This document shows positions 8,294 to 15,694 of a stretch of DNA of 17,692 nt, piece after piece. Numbering within the stretch: the stretch's first letter is position 1; the number at the start of each line of letters is the position of its first letter. Made by a program: the position numbers and the translations under genes. The notes beneath the pieces are model-generated. The model worked only from the letters and a program-made list of their open reading frames with translations, was not told the origin of the DNA and searched no databases. The stretch is from Opitutales bacterium (GTDB lineage: Bacteria; Verrucomicrobiota; Verrucomicrobiia; Opitutales; JABSRG01). The stretch covers positions 1 to 17,692 of the forward strand of contig JBMYOQ010000081.1 in the NCBI GenBank assembly GCA_049599475.1, written 5' to 3'.

Positions 8294-8703
8294 AGCGAGG
8301 GGACTCGAGGAGAGATACTGTGTGTTTAGAGCTGAAGGGAAAACTGAGATGGTTCTGAGCCAAAAATTGCCGATGACCTCGAGCAGCTTGCTCAAAAATC
8401 ATCTGCGGCTTTCCCAGTAAGACTGATTAGGGAGGTGCAATGCTTACTGGAACGCCATGCGTGGGTAGCAATTCCATTACCAAAATCTATTACAAATTAT
8501 TTACAAGTCCAAAAAATTTTCAAACTACGGGTGATTTTGTTTAAATTCTTTATTCAACAAAATCCAACGAGCTAATTCCATAGCCTCGCAATCTGTCTTA
8601 AACATCTCAACACAATCGAACAGCTAGACTGTAGACATTATACAAAAACATAAACCCGGAAAAATAGACTTATTATAAGCAGAGACCTCCCGAGCTCACA
8701 CTG

Positions 8704-9684
8704 CTACCGGTTCCGCTTTTTGCGACGTTCTGACCACTCTTTAAAGGTTAATAAGTTTTTGGCATCGCTCAGTGAGTCTAACTCTTCGTCCGTTGGGACT
8801 CTGAGAGGCGTCCTTGGCACTCCGTCCAAATTTTCATTCAAGGTAGCCTCTGAAATTTGAAGGGACTGGACACCCTGCTCGGGTACTTCCATTCCAGCTA
8901 CCCACACAATCGCATTGAGCACGTTTTTGCGGAAGTCGTCTACAGCCCAATTACGGTGATAATGACCTCCGGTGAAGCCGACTCCACGCCCTCCATTCGG
9001 GCGCTCATAGCCCCACATCAGGGTCTGCTCGGTGCCCACAGCCTTTTCGCCCGCCTCTGTCCAGAGGTTGTTCGTCCTATGGAAACACTCCTTGCACGGC
9101 GTCGCTATGATCAAATCATGACGCTCGCCAGGGAGGTCTTTGGGAAAGCGCATGAGATAATAGTATTCATCTAAAGTGCGCACTGGATACGTGACGCCGT
9201 TCGACACCGGATGGTCGGGTTTGCCATATAGATCAGCCACCCAATGTGGGTTTACCGAATACCCCGTCTCCATAAACCCACCTATCCAAGGAGCAAAATA
9301 CTCAAGGCCTTTATCCTTGTTGGGGTGCACCGCGTAGTGAATAAACATCAACCCGACGCCCTTGTCCGCAAGCGCATCGACCTTCTCCCACCCCTGCTCT
9401 ACAATTTTCGTAGCGTCGTTATAGAAAATAACAGCAGCCGCACCCTCCAAGATAGACTCATCGTCCGGCCAGTTTTTGTGGGTAACGACCTCCACAGGAA
9501 GACCACTCTGCTCATTGAGCGCCCGTGATAGCAAAATAGCACCCGCGGTGAACTCATGATCCCCAGGCTTGTGACTCTTCCCTCCATGTAGAAAAACAAT
9601 TTTTGTCTTATCCTCAGAGTAACAGGCTGTTGATAAAACCGACACAAAACAGAGGATACAGGTACAGATTTTCTTGAGGTACAT
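8704..9684 (-). CDS. ThuA-like domain protein (class I glutamine amidotransferase-like fold), secreted
   Basis: 326 aa. KIVFLHGGKSHKPGDHE, GVGLMFIHYA, HPVSNGV, DEYY, WGYERPNGGRGVGFTGGH and NAIVW match the ThuA-like pattern. There is an N-terminal signal peptide. Confidence 0.85.
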   Translation of the reverse strand: MYLKKICTCILCFVSVLSTACYSEDKTKIVFLHGGKSHKPGDHEFTAGAILLSRALNEQSGLPVEVVTHKNWPDDESILEGAAAVIFYNDATKIVEQGWEKVDALADKGVGLMFIHYAVHPNKDKGLEYFAPWIGGFMETGYSVNPHWVADLYGKPDHPVSNGVTYPVRTLDEYYYLMRFPKDLPGERHDLIIATPCKECFHRTNNLWTEAGEKAVGTEQTLMWGYERPNGGRGVGFTGGHYHRNWAVDDFRKNVLNAIVWVAGMEVPEQGVQSLQISEATLNENLDGVPRTPLRVPTDEELDSLSDAKNLLTFKEWSERRKKRNR

Positions 9685-9824
9685 AGATTCTTAGAAAGAA
9701 AGATAGCCGGATCGAATAAGAGGAGGGTGGAATTTAATTTACAATCTATAAAAAGGAATCAAGGGCATCTGGGAAAAGTTTCAAGCCCGCATTGTTAATA
9801 GGAATCTCTAGTCTTTCTGGGATA

Positions 9825-9985
9825 CCGCAAGAAATTCTATAGTTTCAAAATCAATGATTTTTTGAACGTTTATTTCGAGACTCTCATGCAATTTGTAAAT
9901 CCGCAGGAAATATCCGTCCACGACCATGCGGCCGCAAACAAGACCACTGAAACAAAAAAGAAATCCTTTAATTTCCGCAGGAATT
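9825..9985. promoter_or_regulatory. Putative operator array in the divergent promoter: three CCGCARGAAWT motifs plus palindrome AAAATCA-A-TGATTTT
   Basis: CCGCAAGAAAT at 9825-9835, CCGCAGGAAAT at 9901-9911 and CCGCAGGAATT at 9975-9985. A perfect 7-1-7 palindrome lies at 9847-9861. Confidence 0.45.
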
Positions 9986-10000
9986 TGCTAAAGGACAGCG

Positions 10001-10855
10001 ATGGAAAAAGTCGATACGCACCTCCACTTGCTTTACCCCGAGAATTTTAAATACAGTTGGACTGAGGGTTTTCCAGCCTTACAAAAGGCATTTACTATCG
10101 AGGATTTCCAAGAACTTGCGCAGCCTTGCAGCATTCAAAAGGCAGTATTCATGGAAGTAGACGTCGACGCGGGGCATGAAGTCAACGAAGCTAGATTTTT
10201 CATAGAGAAAGCACTACAGCCTGAAAGCCCTATTGCGGGAGCCATCGCAAAGCTAGAGCCGGCTCAGAGCGATTTCCAAGAGCAGCTTGAGACGATCCTC
10301 ACAGACAAACTCAAAGGCATCCGACGTGTATTGCACGTGGCCCCCGACGAGCTTTCAACGACTCCGATTTTCCGAGAGAATGTAGCATCTCTGGCCAAAT
10401 ATGACTTGAGCTTCGATATTTGTGTCAGACAGGACCAACTACACTTAGCCTGCGAACTTGTGCATGCGTGCCCCAATACACGCTTCATCATAGATCATTG
10501 CGGCAACCCCGATCTCAATGCACACCTTTCTGGAGACAAGGATAGTCGCACCCAATGGAAACATGGCCTCGCGAATCTGGCCGGGTGCGAGAACACAATA
10601 TGTAAGTTTTCAGCTCTCGGAACCTTCGTTGAACCTTCTCAGAGAAACGCAGAAAGCCTGAGATCGCATTTTGATGAACTTCTAGAGACTTTCGGCCCCC
10701 ATCGCCTCGTCTGGGGTAGCGATTGGCCCGTGTGCAATTTGGGAGCAGGTGTAATAGACTGGTCATCACTCTCCGAAGAACTCACCTCTCAACTATCATT
10801 TGACGAGCAGACGATGATTTTCACAAAAAACGCTCACACCGTCTATTCGCTTTAA
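10001..10855 (+). CDS. Amidohydrolase family protein (Amidohydro_2/COG3618, L-fuconolactonase-like sugar lactonase), cytoplasmic
   Basis: 284 aa. VDTHLHL (HxH), KGIRRVLH, LSFDIC, IIDHCGNP, CKFS and RLVWGSDWPV. There is an AAGGA Shine-Dalgarno-like site upstream and no signal peptide. Confidence 0.9.
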   Translation: MEKVDTHLHLLYPENFKYSWTEGFPALQKAFTIEDFQELAQPCSIQKAVFMEVDVDAGHEVNEARFFIEKALQPESPIAGAIAKLEPAQSDFQEQLETILTDKLKGIRRVLHVAPDELSTTPIFRENVASLAKYDLSFDICVRQDQLHLACELVHACPNTRFIIDHCGNPDLNAHLSGDKDSRTQWKHGLANLAGCENTICKFSALGTFVEPSQRNAESLRSHFDELLETFGPHRLVWGSDWPVCNLGAGVIDWSSLSEELTSQLSFDEQTMIFTKNAHTVYSL

Positions 10856-10861
10856 TATTCA

Positions 10862-10878
10862 GAGAGGAAAAGCCTCTC
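10862..10878 (+). terminator. Stem-loop just downstream of the amidohydrolase stop (no U-tract)
   Basis: GAGAGG-AAAAG-CCTCTC forms a 6-bp perfect stem 6 nt after the TAA. It lacks poly-T, so it is a weak terminator candidate. Confidence 0.3.
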
Positions 10879-10981
10879 GGGAGAAAGCTGTATAGTTTAT
10901 CAGGACCGTACGAGCCCTGCAAAAGGCGGTTGTTTAACGACGATACGATCGAAGGGTTCCGCAATGCGCCTCACTGCGAAG

Positions 10982-10999
10982 TAACTTTTAATAAAGTTA
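10982..10999. promoter_or_regulatory. Palindromic putative operator upstream of the propeller/sulfatase genes
   Basis: TAACTTT-TAAT-AAAGTTA is a perfect 7-4-7 inverted repeat about 100 bp before ATG 11101. Confidence 0.35.
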
Positions 11000-11100
11000 T
11001 CTGTCTAAACGAATGTTTTTTACGCTATTTTACTAAGTTCACCACCTCTACTCTGCGGAGAATGCCGTATACCATAGGCATCTCATATTGTTTTCACCCG

Positions 11101-12621
11101 ATGACCCCTACAAAGACCAAACATATCACCCTTACTGCATCCCTCGTTGCAGCCTCGCTAACATCACTCTCTGCCGCTAAGGATTGGGTAATAGACAGCA
11201 CCGAAGACTGGCAAAATATCTCAATGAGCTCCGACGGCCTTGAAATAGAGCAAGGCCAAGTATCCCCGACTGCAGTAAATGGCAGTTTTCAAAGCAAGGT
11301 TCAACCCGTGCAGAAGAAGACCTCGCTGAAAAGCGTCCACTTCGAGCAGTCTGCCGCCTGGCTAAATTGGGACCCCATACCCAATACATTGCCGCCAGTT
11401 GGATCCGATGCCCCTGTTTTCCTCGCGCTAGGCCCGAATGATTATTGGATCTTCAGACGCAGCAGAATGAAAAAGGACACGGTCAAACAGAGTCCAGAGC
11501 CCAATGCGACTCTAGAGGGCTTCGATATCCCCCTATGGAAGACAAGCGTCCCCAGGGTGTTCAACGCAGAAGGTGCATTCTCCGGCAAGGGCGGCGGCTA
11601 CCATGCTTGGCAGAGCCGCGACATGGTAAACTGGGTCCACCACGGTGCCATCACCGAAAAGCATTCGCGATGGACCACCACCGCAGAGTACGCTGATGGC
11701 AAACTATACGTCTATTACGATTTCCCAAATGACCAGGACCCTCACGTCTATGTGGATGATAACCTGTTTGACGGCATACCCGGCAAGGACATGGGCATGG
11801 CATTTAAAGACCCGTCCCACGGATCAGACTGTGCAATCATTCGCGGACTCGACGGCAAATGGCACTTGATCTACGAAGACTGGAGCCCGATCAACGCACA
11901 GAGGCACGCATGGGACTCTCCCCTTGCTGGACACGCCGTGAGCGATACCGGATTATCCGATTTTAAGATTCTGGACCCAGCAGTAGACGAACGCACCAAC
12001 CCGACAGGTGAGATGAAATTTTTCTCACACCCTCACTGGAGCAAAGAAGACCCAGACAACTACCCCAAAGGCTTCAAGCCGCAATATGAAGTGCATGAAC
12101 CCGCGCAGCGTGCTTTTGGAGACTGGGCAGCAATTTCCATCGGCGGACAGTACTATCTCTTCGGAGACTACGAGCCCGCTCACATTAACGGTAAAAAGCA
12201 AGGTATGAGCACCGCATGGTTCACATCTTCTAGCATCTACGAACAATTTGAATTTTGCGGCAATATCGGCAAAGGTCACCCAGACCCGGATATTGGATTC
12301 GCAGAGGGACAATTTTACTTATTGACCCAAACCAAAGAGGACTTCGTCAGCCCAGGGCCTTGGGTGGAAACCGTTGAGGCGCGTGCCGGAGTCGACACCA
12401 ATAAAGACGGTGCCGTCGACCAATGGACCGTTTGGCAGGAAGTGAAGGAAAGCTACGATTATATCCCAGGGTTTGCGAAACAGATAGAGCGAATCCCAGC
12501 AAAAATGGATACGTCGTCCCTGCCCTCTGGCTACGGTTTCGCCTTTGAGTTTCGCGTAACGGATACAACTGAGAACGTATCCAAACCCGTGATCGAGAAA
12601 GTCACACTCAGTTTCCAATAA
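11101..12621 (+). CDS. Secreted hypothetical protein, predicted five-bladed beta-propeller glycoside-hydrolase-like (GH43/GH32/GH117-type fold)
   Basis: 506 aa from ATG 11101, which places the signal peptide (ending LSA-A) at the N-terminus. Blade-like units: SDAPVF..YWIF, WQSRDMVNW, WTTTAEY.DGKLYVYY, GSDCAIIR..DGKWHLIYE, GDWAAI..GGQYYLFGD and HPDPDIGF.EGQFYLLT. Confidence 0.75.
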   Translation: MTPTKTKHITLTASLVAASLTSLSAAKDWVIDSTEDWQNISMSSDGLEIEQGQVSPTAVNGSFQSKVQPVQKKTSLKSVHFEQSAAWLNWDPIPNTLPPVGSDAPVFLALGPNDYWIFRRSRMKKDTVKQSPEPNATLEGFDIPLWKTSVPRVFNAEGAFSGKGGGYHAWQSRDMVNWVHHGAITEKHSRWTTTAEYADGKLYVYYDFPNDQDPHVYVDDNLFDGIPGKDMGMAFKDPSHGSDCAIIRGLDGKWHLIYEDWSPINAQRHAWDSPLAGHAVSDTGLSDFKILDPAVDERTNPTGEMKFFSHPHWSKEDPDNYPKGFKPQYEVHEPAQRAFGDWAAISIGGQYYLFGDYEPAHINGKKQGMSTAWFTSSSIYEQFEFCGNIGKGHPDPDIGFAEGQFYLLTQTKEDFVSPGPWVETVEARAGVDTNKDGAVDQWTVWQEVKESYDYIPGFAKQIERIPAKMDTSSLPSGYGFAFEFRVTDTTENVSKPVIEKVTLSFQ

Positions 12622-12624
12622 AAC

Positions 12625-14082
12625 ATGTTTCAACTTAGAACCCATCTGGCCATTTGCTTATTGGCCCTTGTCCCCGCTATCGCATCCGAAAAGCCCAACA
12701 TCGTCTTCGTATTCTGCGACGACCTGGGCTATGGCGACGTCCAAGTGCTGAATCCAGAGCATGGTCTAATAAAAACGCCTCATGCAGACAGTCTCGCGGC
12801 TCAGGGTATGATATTTACCGATGCTCACAGCGGATCCTCGGTCTGCACTCCAACCCGTTATGGCCTCCTAACAGGCCGTTACAGTTGGCGCACGAAATTG
12901 CAAAAAGGGGTCGCCACCGGTGGTAAGCCCAATCTCATTGCCCAAGATCGCCCTACGGTCGCCAGTTTCCTAAAGGAACAGGGCTACGACACCGCGATCA
13001 TCGGCAAATGGCACCTAAACTTCCAATATCAGGATGCAGAAACGGGAGAAATCCTTCCTGAAAAGCTAAAGGGAAAAGCTCCTGTAGGCTCGAAAATTCT
13101 GGATGGCCCATTAACACGCGGCTTCGATTATTTTCACGGGGTCCACCACGCGCGATCGATGGAATATCTCATCGAGAATGATACGGTGATTTTGGTCGAA
13201 GATACGGTAAAACACCTTCCCCGCCTCACCCGCAAGTCTGTCGAATATATCGAGCAGCGCGCAGCGTCTCCCGACGAGCCCTTTTTCCTCTACATACCAC
13301 TGGGTTCGCCGCACACCCCGATTGTCCCGGCTCCGGAATGGCAGGGAAAATCCGGCCTTGGCAATTACGCAGATTTCGTAATGCAGACGGACCACGCCCT
13401 GGGGGAAGTCAAAGCAGCCTTGGAGCGCACAGGATTGGCAAAAAACACATTGATCCTTTTCTCAAGCGACAACGGCACATCTGCGCCTGGAGCCAAATCA
13501 ATAAAGGGCACATCACATAAGTGGAGCGCACACTACCGTGGATCCAAGGCGGATATTTGGGAGGGCGGTCACCGAGTCCCTTTCATTGCGAGTTGGCCCG
13601 GAGTCATCGAGCCAGGAAGCATATCCGACCAAACGATTTGCCTAGTAGATTTCTTCGCGACAACCAGTGATATCCTGAGCACTCCACTCCCCGCTCAAAG
13701 CGCTGAAGATAGTGTGAGCTTCCTCCCCGCACTGAAAGGTCACGCCATCGAGAGCACGCGCAAAGGCATCGTCCACCACTCAGTGTCTGGCCATTTTGGC
13801 TACCGCATGGGAGACTGGAAACTGATCCTAGCGCGCGGTTCCGGCGGTTGGTCTGACCCTCGAGAAAAGAAAGCTAAGAAGAATCCCGAAGCTCAGCTCT
13901 ACAACCTCGCAGAGGACCCGAGTGAAACAACGAATCTATACGCGACCAATCCTGAGGTAGCCCAAAAGCTCCTGGCGCAGCTTGAGCAAGACGTCATGAG
14001 CGGCCGTAGCACAGACGGCCCCCCATCTCCAAATGATGTGGGCGAAAACGGCATCAACCTTTGGAAGAGCGGTCGCGATTAG
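12625..14082 (+). CDS. S1 arylsulfatase (arylsulfatase A-like), secreted
   Basis: 485 aa. KPNIVFVFCDDLGYGD, CTPTRYGLLTGRY, GKWHL, SPHTP, SSDNG and RGSKADIWEGGHRVP, plus a signal peptide. It starts 3 nt after the previous stop. Confidence 0.95.
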   Translation: MFQLRTHLAICLLALVPAIASEKPNIVFVFCDDLGYGDVQVLNPEHGLIKTPHADSLAAQGMIFTDAHSGSSVCTPTRYGLLTGRYSWRTKLQKGVATGGKPNLIAQDRPTVASFLKEQGYDTAIIGKWHLNFQYQDAETGEILPEKLKGKAPVGSKILDGPLTRGFDYFHGVHHARSMEYLIENDTVILVEDTVKHLPRLTRKSVEYIEQRAASPDEPFFLYIPLGSPHTPIVPAPEWQGKSGLGNYADFVMQTDHALGEVKAALERTGLAKNTLILFSSDNGTSAPGAKSIKGTSHKWSAHYRGSKADIWEGGHRVPFIASWPGVIEPGSISDQTICLVDFFATTSDILSTPLPAQSAEDSVSFLPALKGHAIESTRKGIVHHSVSGHFGYRMGDWKLILARGSGGWSDPREKKAKKNPEAQLYNLAEDPSETTNLYATNPEVAQKLLAQLEQDVMSGRSTDGPPSPNDVGENGINLWKSGRD

Positions 14083-14098
14083 CCTTAGCCTCCCAGCA

Positions 14099-15574
14099 AT
14101 GAATAAGTGTCTCCTTTTCCTCCTGACGGCCATTGTGGTCTCAGCGCAGGACACCCGCCCTAATATTCTCTTCATCCTCATGGATGATCTAGGCAAGGAG
14201 TGGATCAGCTCCTACGGCGCTACAGACATCGAGACCCCCTATATGGATCAACTCGCGACAGAGGGCATGCGGTTCGAGAATTATTATACGATGCCCCAAT
14301 GCACTCCGACGCGCCTGTCGTTTGCGACAGGGCAATATCCGTTTCGACACGGCTGGGTAAACCACTGGGATGTGCCACGCTGGGGCGGAGGCGCCCATTA
14401 CGATCCGGCAAACAACCCAAGCATCGCGAAGAATCTCCAAAAAGCGGGCTACAAGACAGCTGCGGCAGGAAAATGGCAAGTAAGTGATTTCCGGGTACAA
14501 CCCGATGCCATGAACCTCCACGGCTACGACGAGTACTGCATGTGGACGGGCTATGAAGCTGGCGTGAAAGCAAGCGCTCAGCGCTACTGGGATCCCTACA
14601 TCCACACAAAAGATGGCAGCAAGACTTACGAAGGACAGTTCGGTGAAGACATTTTTACGGACTTCTTCATCGATTTCATGACAGAGCACAAAGATGAGCC
14701 GATGTTCATGTATTACGCAATGTGCCTGCCGCATACGCCCTTTGTTACGACGCCCGATGAGCCAGTCATTGATGAGGTGATGTCCGCTGAGATGACTCAA
14801 AAAGAGAAGAAAGCCGCCACGCGGTTGAACAAGCATAAGGCCATGGTCCGCTATGCTGACAAAATGGTGAAAAAGCTCGTGGACGCCATCGATGCCTTAG
14901 GCCTTCGTGATAATACACTGATTATCGTGACCACCGACAATGGAACGGTCGGCAGCATCACCGGCACGCGGAACGGGGTTAAGGTCAAAGGGGCAAAAAC
15001 GCGGACCCATGAGGCAGGTACAGCCGTTCCCTTTATAATTTCACAGCCCGGAACCGTGCCGCAGGGAGTCGTCAGCAATACCGCCGTAAACGTCGTGGAC
15101 ATGTTGCCCACGTTCACGGAACTAGCAGGCGGAAAAAAGGATCCAGAATACACCTACGACGGATATTCCATGGTCGATGTATTTCATGGAAAATCAGAAA
15201 ATGGGCCGCGCAGTTTCAACCTGTCAATGGGCGGAGGCAACAAAGCAGCACTCACCGATAATGGAGTAGAGAATCAGTTTACCTTCCGAGATCGCGTGGT
15301 CCGTGACGACCGCTACAAATTAATTATAGACCTCGAGCGCACACCTGAGAAGCTCTTCGATTTAAAAAAGGACCCTTGGGAGAAAACAAACATGATCGAT
15401 AACCCCGAGATGAAAGAGATTATCAAACGGCTCTTTGACTCAATTAAAGATCAGCCGGCCCAAGATGCAGACCCTCGCTACGATCCACTCGGTCCTCAAG
15501 AATGGGACGTTAAAATTACAAAACAAAGCCAAACCTGGAAGAAAGGCGCCCCGCGCGAGCATCCCGAAAATTGA
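14099..15574 (+). CDS. S1 sulfatase (GKWQ type), secreted
   Basis: 491 aa from ATG 14099 (MNKCLLFLLTAIVVSA-QD signal peptide). RPNILFILMDDLG, CTPTRLSFATG, GKWQ, LPHTP, TTDNG and KGAKTRTHEAGTAVP. Confidence 0.93.
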   Translation: MNKCLLFLLTAIVVSAQDTRPNILFILMDDLGKEWISSYGATDIETPYMDQLATEGMRFENYYTMPQCTPTRLSFATGQYPFRHGWVNHWDVPRWGGGAHYDPANNPSIAKNLQKAGYKTAAAGKWQVSDFRVQPDAMNLHGYDEYCMWTGYEAGVKASAQRYWDPYIHTKDGSKTYEGQFGEDIFTDFFIDFMTEHKDEPMFMYYAMCLPHTPFVTTPDEPVIDEVMSAEMTQKEKKAATRLNKHKAMVRYADKMVKKLVDAIDALGLRDNTLIIVTTDNGTVGSITGTRNGVKVKGAKTRTHEAGTAVPFIISQPGTVPQGVVSNTAVNVVDMLPTFTELAGGKKDPEYTYDGYSMVDVFHGKSENGPRSFNLSMGGGNKAALTDNGVENQFTFRDRVVRDDRYKLIIDLERTPEKLFDLKKDPWEKTNMIDNPEMKEIIKRLFDSIKDQPAQDADPRYDPLGPQEWDVKITKQSQTWKKGAPREHPEN

Positions 15575-15629
15575 TCATTCACTAAGACACGTTCGTATCC
15601 AGTTCGTGTATAATCTAGTTTCAAAATAG

Positions 15630-15654
15630 GTAGGGCGAACCGTCTCGGTGAGCC
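15630..15654 (+). repeat. GTAG-family REP-like element
   Basis: GTAG followed by the imperfect hairpin GGC-GA-ACCG-TCT-CGGT-GA-GCC, intergenic between two sulfatase genes. Confidence 0.6.
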
Positions 15655-15694
15655 ACACAACCGCAACCAGTCCACTCTAGAAATTCCCCCCTCT

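Noticed and set aside
9840..9851. 12-mer TAGTTTCAAAAT also found at 15616-15627
   Set aside because: It is AT-rich and does not extend. A 12-mer match is unsurprising in a window this long.
9825..9985. Regularly spaced repeats considered as a CRISPR or mini-array
   Set aside because: The repeats are only 11 bp with 63-65 bp between them and no cas genes are present. They fit binding sites better.
10930..11100. 57-codon N-terminal extension of the propeller ORF from the TTG at 10930
   Set aside because: It would bury the signal peptide that begins at ATG 11101, and it overlaps palindrome/hairpin features typical of an intergenic region.
14033..14098. Upstream start of the 513-aa sulfatase ORF
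   Set aside because: It overlaps the previous gene by 50 bp. ATG 14099 gives a clean signal peptide.
14189..14836. 215-aa antisense ORF, and the many other 60-150 aa shadow ORFs inside the large genes
   Set aside because: They lie within well-supported CDSs, opposite or out of frame, and show no recognisable motifs.
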